A DNA stretch of 64,000 bases from Laetmonice hystrix (lineage: Eukaryota). The notes beneath the pieces are model-generated. The model saw only the letters and a program-made list of their open reading frames with translations. It had not been told where the DNA came from and did no database searches. This document shows positions 11,201-22,049 of the stretch, one piece after another. Made by a program: the position numbers and the translations under genes. The stretch is from the NCBI GenBank assembly GCA_965235115.1, contig OZ249438.1, positions 30,628,001-30,692,000 on the forward strand, written 5' to 3'. Position 1 is the first letter of the stretch, and each line of letters opens with the position of its first letter.

Positions 11201-11766
11201 TATGACCTACATTTGATTGGCCTGTGCCAATGCTCGCCTAGCTGGGCTATACAATATCCTAAAAGTATTTTTCACCTTTCTATGCACATCAAACAGATGA
11301 AAGAATCGGCACAGTCTTCAGACAAAGGTGTCTCTGGTTAACAAGCAAGTTTTCGTCGCCAGGGGGACGCACCGGTAGCGTCCCCGACGGCTCAAGTTGA
11401 GGATTTCAGCATCACAGGCCCACTGCCACCAGTGGAGTTAGTTCAAGCTTTCTCCACGAGGGGGCACCACTGCACAATTGGTAGCCCAGCATTGGCGCGC
11501 TCATCAAGATGCTGTGATGCTCTTTTGGCAGCGTATTTATGATAATTCCACATCAACATACATCAGTTTAAGTCGGCAAGGACCAGAGGGTCTATTATTA
11601 CGTTGAACTACCGTGAGCGAATAATTTAAATATCGACGCTTGCGGAAGGACATGTGCGTTACACCCTGAAATCCTTCGACCTTCGGCATGAACCGGATAC
11701 AACAATGTCGTCTGCTTCCACTTGAAGGACGTAACTAATGTAAGTGAAAGAATGCCGATAACCTAC

Positions 11767-11827
11767 CTTGTGAGGGGCCGTCCAACGTTTTGTCGTGCCA
11801 AGCTTCAATAATTAAAGAGAAGGTCCC
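11767..11827 (-). CDS. Delta: Delta exon 3 (GTFSLIIEAWHDKTLDGPSQ)
   Basis: Too short for the ORF track; found by the conserved GTFSLIIEAWH motif. Acceptor TTTTCAG, donor G|GTAGGT; 61 nt, phase 0 to 1. Confidence 0.97.
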
Positions 11828-13294
11828 CTGAAAACGACAATCAGAAGATAAAGCTCAGTTCATAATCTACATCCTTAGCAATAGCTCTAGCCATAGATCC
11901 GGTCGGCTTTATTAAGTCGTATGTCATTACAAAGTAAATGTGGCATATACTCTGGGGCATAAAAACCGGAATTTAGTAATGTCCTCTTGGACCATATCGT
12001 ATTTCAACGTCGCTTATGTAGCTTAACATCAGATAAGTAGATTTATGCTGAAGTAGACATATGGCGTTCACCCAGATAGCTTAATAAGGTATTTTTTCCA
12101 TGAACAGATGTCCAAACGTATATGGGTCATATTGAAAAGGTGGACTAAACCACTCCTTTCCTCAGTTACTCACACAAATGAACAACAATAATGCATCATA
12201 ATAGATACTACAGAAAAAGCTGTATATTAAAGATAAACATATGTCCTTGGACCATCGTAGTTAGTATGTGTATGAGTTTCTGTATTAGCCTGCACCATGA
12301 ATATGTCCTTCATGTAGTACATGAATAGGCCATGTGAATTTAACCGCATGGCGCCTCCACAATCGGTCGTACTACTGCTGGCTGAGGTAAACAGCATTAT
12401 GGGACATTGTGATGGACCGAAGCTTGCCATTGCCATGGTTTCAGGTTAGTCAACACTGGCCAAATCAATGACCTACTTACAAAATACACACTAAGCCATG
12501 GCAACAAATTTGATAATATCTATGAATCGTGATTAAACTGTAATGGCATTAGTTTTAGTTTATATTCTCACTCATTATCTAAATAAGGGGTGGGGTACGT
12601 AGGACTAGGTGACCTAGGAGAGGGGTATAAACAGAGGGAAGTAGCTCAAATGATTTATATATTGTTCGGAAAGGTTCATTGTTAATAATGGCACGTGAGA
12701 TCTGAACAGAACTTTCGTATACTCCCCTCTCCTGCTCCCCTACTTCTCCACCTCATTCTGACCTATCTACCACAACTGACGGCTAGGTCTCTTATAAACA
12801 CGGGACCCCACTGACAGACTGATCTCTCAACCCCTGACATCACTGAAGTACAAGAGCTTTGGTTGGTCTTTAAAAGCTAAAGTCGGGCTCCTCTACAGAA
12901 CACGTTGTCAACCAGTACAACTCAACTGTGACTGGCTGCTCCGCCCGCTCAAACAGTTTTGGGGTGCGTTGTGAAATCGTCCACCACTAGACGGGACGTT
13001 ACCCTCTGAGAGCGGGTACGACCCCACACCCCCTTGCCCCGTGGTCCCCATCCTGCGACACCCCGTGTACGGGACACGCTAAAAATAGTTCCAAACACAG
13101 GCGAGGCTGCGCGCCAGGAAGGTGGGCTGAGTGGAGGCGACACTGGGCCAGCCGAGGGGACGGAGGGAATGATGGTGATGGTGATGCTCACTGTACGAGA
13201 CGTGTAAGAAGGCGCTCTCTCTCTCTGACTCCAAGTTCTACACTTTGTCTCCAAGGTAACACCAAATCTATGAGGAGAAAAACTCGGTACTTAC

Positions 13295-13597
13295 CGGCCA
13301 GGCGAACTCGAACGGGAACCGGATGGGGTTAGTGAATCCATTCTCACTGCTCTTCCTCTCAGGGAAGTCAAACGAGTTGCCTCCAAGAACTCCAGAAGTG
13401 ATAGTTCCAAAGGTACATGGAGCATCCGGGGAAATTTTGGCCTGGTAATGTTTCAGGCACACGCGGAAGAATGTCCGACATTGTGATCTACATGATCCTT
13501 CAGTCCGTATTCCACGGCAACAGTTTTCGTCGAAGTTCAATCCTCTGTCATTTCTAAATGACTTGAGGTGCAGTTCAAATACTCCGGACGAAGATAC
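13295..13597 (-). CDS. Delta: Delta exon 2 (MNNL/C2 domain, VSSSGVFELHLKSF...CRTFFRVCLKHYQ...PIRFPFEFAWP)
   Basis: Acceptor CAG 13600-13598, donor CCG|GTAAGT at 13294; typical Notch-ligand motifs SGVFEL, CRTFFRVCLKHYQ, PCTFG, PF-F-WP; 303 nt. Confidence 0.97.
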
Positions 13598-13831
13598 CTG
13601 GTGACGAGGGGGAAAATAAACAATTGATATTAGTAACTTGAAACGTTATTTTTCATCCTTTAACTTATAACATGTAATCAATCTGATGAACTCCCGTCAT
13701 AACACAGTTTATAGAGTACTGTTTTATAAACTTTATAGTTCCACATCTTCTAGAAGCATGGATGTACCAGGCAGGTATACTATTCTACATGTACATCCTT
13801 TCTGAAAATAGTTAGGAAAAATGAATCTTAC

Positions 13832-13894
13832 CTCTAAAACAAATGACAATAATTGTAACGTCCAAATAACCCCTAGTGGTTTAGATATCCGCAT
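13832..13894 (-). CDS. Delta: Delta exon 1 (signal peptide MRISKPLGVIWTLQLLSFVLE)
   Basis: ATG at 13894-13892, hydrophobic core, donor GAG|GTAAGA at 13831; 63 nt, phase 0, in frame with exon 2. Confidence 0.88.
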
Positions 13895-14280
13895 CGTGCT
13901 TGTTTATTGTTCACCAGGCTGGCTCTCGCCGTCGGCAAAGCTCGGTAAACTCCTCCCACCGATGTGATTGGTAGCCACCACTACAACGATAACGACACCA
14001 GTTTTGAGCGCACAAGTCCTCGAGAGCTACAACTCCAAGTGCGTGGAAATCCTGTGAAGGCATGAGTAACAGTAATAATCCATTGGGCAAGTGATATTCC
14101 ACACGACAAAGAACATTCACAATCCTTGCGAGGGTGGCTGCTAAACCATGTCAGCGCACCCTAATACATACAGCATCATAGTCGGGCACATTGCACACAC
14201 GCTGCTACACTAGACGTAGTTGTCGTACTCCGCGCCATGTAGTGTGTCCGTGCTCCTACTCGCACGAGCCGCTGCACTGT

Positions 14281-14315
14281 ACTGGCCGCGCACGCGTGCA
14301 GCCAGCCTTTATATA
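14281..14315 (-). promoter_or_regulatory. Delta core promoter: TATATAAA box (14315-14308) plus Inr-like CCAGT (A at 14283)
   Basis: GGGTATATAAAGG on minus strand, with Inr-like element 32 nt downstream of the first T, about 390 nt upstream of the ATG, in a CpG-rich patch. Confidence 0.7.
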
Positions 14316-14546
14316 CCCTGGCGCGCAACGCTGCCGACCGTGAATGCCCATTCACCCACAGCCTGAGAGACACTTTAAGACGTTTTGGTGTCGAATTACT
14401 CAACCTCCAATCAGAGAAGGTTATTCATATAAGAATTTAGAAGATGATTATGTGGACTCTACAATATATCTTCACCTATTTCACTGGATTTGTGGGATAG
14501 CACTTGGAATGGATTGACTATATATCAGAATGGGCTGGCGATATGA

Positions 14547-14575
14547 CTACTACAACTACTACTACTACTACTACT
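14547..14575 (+). repeat. (ACT)n microsatellite
   Basis: ACTACTACAACTACTACTACTACTACTAC. Confidence 0.9.
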
Positions 14576-14934
14576 CTTATATTAATGTCAAATTATGTTG
14601 AAATGTTACACAATGTTTCAGATTATGATAATTATAATATGCATTCACATATTTCATCTTAGGAACTATAGATCATTCTTGCTCTCATGATACGTGATGC
14701 CCTCACTGTTTGGGATGGCACCCTGTATGTTCAATCACAAGCTGAACATATTGCATGTCAAGTAGGCCTGGATGTCTTAGACAATTTTTCTTACTGTTGA
14801 GACCAATGCTGCTATACGCAGTCCTACCGTCAACACTATGGGAGTTGGGATGTGTGTATAAAGTCCCCTTTTGTGTTTTCAGCTGTCTACTACCTTGCAC
14901 ACCTGCCGATATTTTAATATGTTAATGAGGATGC

Positions 14935-14944
14935 CCTTATATGG
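14935..14944. promoter_or_regulatory. CArG box (SRF site) CCTTATATGG
   Basis: Exact CC(A/T)6GG match about 650 bp upstream of the predicted TSS. Confidence 0.4.
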
Positions 14945-15589
14945 CAGAGGGTCGCGTGGCTGGGCGTGCGTACGGTTTCTGTGACCCCTGCACGGCCGCC
15001 CTGATATATAGCGGCAGCGCGGCTCGCTCACCCCCTCTGTCGTCAGTGTTGGGAAATAATGATTGCTATAGCTCCCACTGTCTCGGCCGATTCTGCCAAA
15101 CATTCCCTCCGATAGTCTGCGTCATATTCATAATGTTATTAATAAGAAGCCTACAACTTTATTGGACATGGTTTAGAAAAAGAAACCTTTTGAGTATATC
15201 CAAGCCTGTCAGGCTGTGGGGCCCATCAAAAATAAAAGAAACAATATAAAACGTACGTTCAGGAGTCTAGCCGTGACCCTAATTGTACAAGTTCGTGTTT
15301 GTAACCCAACAGTTCAAAAACTGACAAATGACACTAGGCTTCCCGCCATTTTCATGCTTCAAAGCACATGTTTCGTCCGCGTCCCGCTGTACTATCTCTC
15401 TCTCAGTGTACACAAGTGTCTGGGCAAGTAGGTCAGGGCGAATATGAGAACTGGTATATATTTGCGCTACACCGGCTGCACTTGAGTTGTCAAACGGCAA
15501 GATGTTGGACGTTCGGATGAACGGTGAGGCCTGGTCGCCTCCTGTTATCATCACCAGTTCCCGGGGCTGCTGACAATCAAGTAAACACT

Positions 15590-15770
15590 CGGCATGCGGC
15601 ACGCGTCCCGCTACAACGTCCTCTCTTATTGGCTGAGTGTACGAGCCGCTGGCCAATGAGGAGGCGAAGGCGAAGAATCGTTCGCGTGCCATAGGCTGCG
15701 CGGTGCGCGCGCGCCGGCCCGCCCCTCCCCTGTCAGAGCTACCCTAGCTGGGACTGTCCGTGGGCACACC
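15590..15770. promoter_or_regulatory. CpG-rich proximal element with two CCAAT boxes, GC box and Hes class-C site
   Basis: GGCACGCG 15598, ATTGG 15628, CCAAT 15653, CCCGCCCC 15718. Confidence 0.45.
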
Positions 15771-16899
15771 ACCGAGATGACGACTTTGATTGAAACCACT
15801 TCTCTGCATCACCTGACGCCAGTGAATTCATGCTAACACCTGCTGTTATTTGATGGACCGCCACCACTCAAAATGTAGCTGTTCTACTTCAATTGATCTT
15901 GATGATTACCTATAGAAATACAGACGGCCTCAAGCCGAAGTTGGCGGTCACATGTTGCCCGGCCTCCACCAGACACACCGGCACAGAGGATCCCACCATG
16001 TTTAATAGTTGGCCTGCTCGGCGCTTTCATGTCAATAGCTGAATTGTGTCCAATAAAAGTAACCACATTTAAAACAAAGCCGTCCTTTAAAATAGACATG
16101 ACCCTTCTGATTACTGGACCTTGATTCTCGGTCATCCAAAGATTATAATCCAGTATTGCAGGGTGTCTCAGTCAGGCGCCGATCCTCGCCCAATGACGCA
16201 CGTGCCTGGCACGTGGCCATGTCATTATGATTTTTCAGGCCTTTCGTTTATCATTCATACTCTATAGCTGGGACGTGAGTAGGACATCAATGCTTGAGTG
16301 AGGCAACATGAAGCAAACCTCTGATCCCGTTCTTGTCATTCGCAGGAAAACTGCAAGAGTGTTAAAATTGTGAGACAGAACGACAGGGAGCAGCATGATG
16401 TAACCAGCACCATGTATGGTACCGCTATTATTTATTTATATCAATCAGAATGCCACGGATGACCGAATCTATAGGGTTGCAATGTGTATGGACGAAGGCA
16501 GTTATAGATACCATAAAAATGTATCCTTGTATATGTATAGGTGCAAAATCGGAGCTTATACTACTCCGCCCCCCCCCCCCAAAAAAAGAATTAAAAAATA
16601 CCAGGAGCTGTTCTGGCCTGTGTATACCAAATTGCACAAAGAACGTTGCAATTTAAGTATAAATTTAATATTAATGTCATACCATCCTATGTGCAGACAG
16701 GTTGTTTTCGCCTGCACCTGCAATAGTTTTTTTTTATCTGTAGGCAATGTATTCTCTGTATAGGATGACACACTTGCAGTGTTGCATATGCTGGGTGTTA
16801 GGATATGTACAATACGGGGGGGGGGTAAACTTCATTGGGAGTTTTTGATGGAATGCGGCCAGGAATACTGGTAGATGAATTAAGGGGCGGGGCAAGGGT

Positions 16900-16985
16900 T
16901 TGAGTGGGGGGTTTAGAGGGGTGGGGTGGGGGGTTTAGAGGGGTGGGTGGGGTGGGGTGGGGGTTTAGAGGGGTGGGGTGGGGGC
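16900..16985 (+). repeat. G-rich low-complexity tract (GGGGT/GGGGGTTTAGAGGGG), G-quadruplex-capable
   Basis: More than ten G3+ runs with short loops; GGGGGTTTAGAGGGG occurs three times. Confidence 0.8.
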
Positions 16986-19351
16986 ATCCGACTGGACCAT
17001 CTGCACCTGCCGTTCAGCATGGTTGGAGCCGCTATAATAGGAGCTAGGTGGGAGCGAGGGGATAGCGTGCACCTTTTAGTGTCACAATGGCCATGCGGGC
17101 GGTGTGGCGCTATGTGGCGGCGACCTGCCACCCTCCCGCCCGCCTCCCGCCGTGTGGATCGGCCTGCCCATCACTGCCCGCCTCTACAGTCGACCTGCCA
17201 CTCCGGCACCACGGACAGCGTATCCTGTGTGGTCACTGAAGCGAACAACCACCCCCATCCCCACCCCTCCCACGGTAAGTGTCGTGGGGAGGAAGGCCCT
17301 AAAGACATCCCAGCCCCAACGCGTGCCAGCTGGAAACGTCTTCGGGATAGGCGCAGCTTGGCCTGCAAGTGCCACGTGTCTTGTATATATGTCAGGCCTA
17401 TGTATATGGGCCCTTAGGAACTCAAATCGATGTCTTGTTTGCCCTGGGCGTGAACATCTGTTGTGCAATATAGTCCATAAGTCAAATCTGTAGCAGCCCA
17501 TAGGCCATAGAGGGTACCAAAATCTATAATTTTGGGGACTTCACGATGTTTATAATGTAGTACCCCTGCATGACTTGTTTTCCCACTTCCCCAAAAAACT
17601 ACCTGGTTTGACTCGCAACTGTTATGCTAAACAATCAGTTACATAGTTACGGTGTCCAGTATACTTCACGATGCTAATTATGAAAGTATACACCAGCGAA
17701 GCATGAAGAGTGTTTCCTTATAGCGGATAGATCAGTTTGTATAGTGTCATGCAGTGCTCGCAATGGTACAAGGGGCTGGTCCAACCGTCCAGGTGGTCCG
17801 CTTCCCATATCATGTCGACCGGTGAAGGACCTGTAAATATTGACTATCAAAGGCCGCATCTCAACACACGCGCCCCCGGAGCCCAGGGACCAGATGTCCG
17901 GCGGTCTACGGGGCCGTTACGCCCCGGTCATCCCGGAATTAGGTCCCGGTCAGCCGCCATGCTCTCAGCCGGCGCCACGTGCTGCACGTTCACACTACAA
18001 CAGTATGTAGAGAACGTTCGGCAGGTCTAGGAGAATTTCAAACCGCAAGTGACAAAAGGTACGGACTGGCCACATGTTGCTGTTAATGGGAATATTCTTG
18101 GAGAAAGAATACACCAGTTTTTTTCTTAACTGTAGGCCTATTTTTGTTTGTATGGCATGATGAATGCATCTAGGCCTGTAGGTTGTATCCACATGTGTGT
18201 ATGCAATGCACCTCCGAGCCTCCATGTGTCTGTAATTAGACCTATCTAAAAGGAACATTTTACAAATGCCCAATTCCCAGCCTTTAATACTAAATAGCAA
18301 CATCCACAGGTCTACACATAACCTGAGATACACACATATGTAAATCGTTTCCAACTGTATAAGTAATGCCGTTGCTAGCTGCCGCCCCATGGGGCGATGA
18401 GGCATCAATGAACAGGTCATCAAAAGAACACAAGCTGATAATCACTAGTGACAATCGGTCGTTGATAAATTACTAATTAAAAGTTACTGACACACAATCC
18501 TGTCACCCGGCGTCGCCCCACTCCCGGGCTCTCGGCCGGGTGTGGTTTAAATCGGGGCCTCTGTGGGGGGACATCACGATCAGGGGACTCATTAGCATTC
18601 GGCACCTATTTGATGTCGTTTGTTGCTCGTGCCGCACATCGGACCACCCCCAGGCTTTCGGATCTTGATGTTTACGTCCAGTCCGTAAACATCTGTACTT
18701 GATTGAGTCGAGTCCCACTGAAACGGTCCGAAATTCTAGCAGCACATTTACTCTCTCGGCACGAGGCCACATGTATTCGTATGGGGTCTTATAAAAAAAG
18801 AAATATTCAAAATTAGCGGTCTGACATTTTATGTTAAGAGGTATATACCCCTTGGATTATAGCCATCTGTTTACAGACGGCGGTTCTAAGAGTAAGACTA
18901 AAAGTATATAGTCCATTCGGAGAGACATAAATGTCTTGAGACACCCAGTGAAGCAGACGGCACGCGACTGGCACGCGTGAGGAGCGGAGAATAGGAGCGA
19001 CGTCTAGCGTCGTAAAAATGTCTCCTATCTATAGGCTCCCGACCCTCTATACCCATCCAATTGGCTTCAGTCGGAATCTGTCAGTAAAACAACCACCACA
19101 GTTTCTCTGCAATTATCAGTCATGCATGACTGGGTCAGGGACTCTGCATAGGTATGTCCGCTTCTCCATTCACCCGGCGCTTAGCAAGTTAAATTCTTAA
19201 CAAAAACATCGGCGTCGGATGAAAGATAATTGAGGCCCATCTGTGCTGCCACCTGTCGCGGTATGTACTGAATTAACTGGTTAAGTAATTCAGGGCAGGT
19301 CCAAGACCTCATTCATCTCGTCCACAATAGTTGTTCAATCAGGCGTGAAGA

Positions 19352-19892
19352 ATTGGCTGACCGACCTCCTACAGGATGGTGGTCGTCTGAACAGGACCAA
19401 ACCCTGAACACAAGCCTGTAAACCCGTAACCTAACCAGTTATTGGCTGACCGACCTCCTACAGGATGGTGGTCGTCTGAACAGGACCAAACCCTGAACAC
19501 AAGCCTGTAAACCCGTAACCTAACCAGTTATTGGCTGACCGACCTCCTACAGGATGGTGGTCGTCTGAACAGGACCGACTCCTGAACACAAGCCTGTAAA
19601 CCCGTTATAACCTAACCAGTTATTGGCTGACCGACCTCCTACAGGATGATGGTCGTCTGAACAGGACCAAACCCTGAACACAAGCCTGTAAACCCGTAAC
19701 CTAACCAGTTATTGGCTGACCGACCTCCTACAGGATGGTGGTCGTCTGAACAGGACCAAACCCTGAACACAAGTCTGTAAACCGTAACCTAACCAGTTAT
19801 TGGCTGACCGACCTCCTACAGGATGGTGGTCGTCTGAACAGGACCAAACCCTGAACACAAGCCTGTAAACCCGTTATAACCTAACCAGTTAT
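19352..19892. repeat. Tandem repeat, 88-92 bp unit x6
   Basis: Units start at 19352, 19441, 19530, 19622, 19711, 19799 with ATTGGCTGACCGACCTCCTACAGGATGG... Confidence 0.97.
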
Positions 19893-21050
19893 CCATACTT
19901 AACCAGGTATGAAAACTCTACAAATATCATCCTCTGTCTATAGCCAGGCGGCGTCACTCTCTACCACCACATGGTGTCCACGTGTTCGATTTGCTAATTG
20001 CCCGTAATTAAAAACAGGACGAACAGTGATATGGACTCTTTGATCTTTTATCGATGCAAGTCGTGCAGTTTTTCAGTGCGTTATCAGTATTCTTAAGAGA
20101 CTATGCAGTTTTAGTACTCGATAAGATGGGTGGCGTTTAGGGATTATATGGTTTAAAGTGATCTCTATTCCAATGGTGGTGAATCGTCCTAATGTATCGA
20201 TGGATTAGTTACACTATGTGCGCTTCCAGATCACACATTATAATAGCATATCGAGTTGGGCGAGAACGATTTTTTTCTTACTCTCATCCAAAAAACCTGG
20301 GTGGATTTTCAGCCCTCAAGAAACGAGAAGGAAAAAAATCGTGAGACAAAGTTGAATGCACCTGCCTGGCGTCGCAAATCACAATTGTATATTAGAATTG
20401 GTCAACTATATCCCGACATGCAGTATGGAAACAACAGGCACCTTTATGGCTCTCATGTCAGCTCTGACAATGGACAGTTACGTTACATCGGTTACGCACG
20501 CGCAGGTTTTACACGTGTGGTCGATATAATAATGTCTGGAGGAACAGGTGCAATACTCGGACAGTCACGGCAGGTCACACAATTCCAAAGGCATGGTTCC
20601 ACTAGACGTTGGAACCGGTCGCCATGCACCACATGACTGTCAGTCATATGTAAGTATACTGGCGGTTCACAATGCGTTTGTGAAATTTTGCGTTTTCTGT
20701 GTTCATTCCAACTGACTAATATCCCACTTACAATGAGACACCATATTTATCTCAGGTTTCCCTGCAAGGCAACTATAAATTTGCATGTTCGTTTTCCTGT
20801 ATAAAAAGCTAATTTTGTAAATTGACGAAGACATCCAACTGAACCTTGACCAAGATGTTTGATAAAAGTCATTGGTCTTCTTGTCTGTGAGTCTGCTCGC
20901 ATGACGTTTGAAATGTTAACCGGCAGACAAACTCCATGCTCCGCCTGATCACACAAACACCAGAGACCTACCCATGAGCAGGGTAGGTTCTACCTTGGGT
21001 TCATCCCCGGTACGATTTGTACAGGTGCTAAATGAGGGCAGTCACAGGGT

Positions 21051-21298
21051 CTCCCTCAGTGTAAGACCTCCCTCCATGTAAGACCTGACCTCCCTCAGTG
21101 TAAGACCTGACCTCCCTCAGTGTAAGACCTGACCTCCCTCAGTGTAAGACCTGACCTCCCTCAGTGTAAGACCTGACCTTCCCTTAGTGTAAGACCTGAC
21201 CTCCCTCAGTGTAAGAGTAAGACCTGACCTCCCTCAGTGTAAGAGTAAGACCTGACCTCCCTCAGTGTAAGACCTGACCTCCCTCAGTGTAAGACCTC
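21051..21298. repeat. Minisatellite, 22-bp unit (CTCCCTCAGTGTAAGACCTGAC) about x11
   Basis: Direct reading; two units carry a GTAAGA duplication. Confidence 0.97.
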
Positions 21299-22049
21299 CT
21301 CCCCCAATCAACAGGTCGGACTACCAAACTCTTCCAGTATACGACGGTAATTCTCAGGGAAAATGTTTCTTTTCTTTATCCCTTTACTTTTGTTAAACTG
21401 TTTACTTACATTTAGCCCCAGTTTTGCCCTAAGGCTCGCATCTTAACGATGCATTTTACCTTATAGGCCAACATCTTTCCAGTTGCATTAGTTCTCGACG
21501 TTTCTTACACCGCCTTTGTGTGAAGCTATGAATCGCCGCTTTGTCATTTCCTTTTAAAACTATTTGTGTTGATGAGAGACTCGCTCTATGTTCTAGTTTC
21601 TGGTTTAAGGCTGGTCTTGAGTACTACTGTCACTATAATGTCACACATTCATACACAGGAGAATCGCCTTGCCCATCGCTTTATACCAACGTTACCCGTA
21701 TAGAGGTTAACTGTTTAAGAAATGTGTCAAGAATGATAAAGGGTGACGGAACATGATGGGTAAGTTCCCTGTCATCACTCCTCTCCCGGCCCGGGGTCGC
21801 TGCGCATTGAACCGTGACCACCAGGCACTGGGAACTAACACTGAATGACGGATACACGTGGTATAATATCGATCAGATATTGTAGACTTGTGGACACTGG
21901 GACAAACTGAATCCTCTCTGACCAGGAAATAAACTTACAGAGATTTAAAGTTGGGAGATGTTTGAACGCTGTAACACGGAGGTTTACGTGTCGCTGGGGA
22001 TATCGGCCCGCTATCAAAAATAATTCAGGTGTGAACCGCCAGGTGGAGA

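Larger units (their letters stand above)
606..14283 (-). other. Delta: Delta (Notch ligand) gene span, predicted TSS to end of exon 9; 3' end unresolved
   Basis: Nine exons join in frame (63+303+61+258+61+131+170+214+1018 = 2279 nt, ending phase 2) to give SP-MNNL-DSL-9xEGF-TM-ICD. No cysteine-rich vWC domain and only 9 EGFs, so Delta rather than Serrate/Jagged. Confidence 0.97.

Noticed and set aside
606-13894. Serrate/Jagged identity
   Set aside because: Only 9 EGFs and no cysteine-rich vWC-like domain before the TM; exon structure matches Delta.
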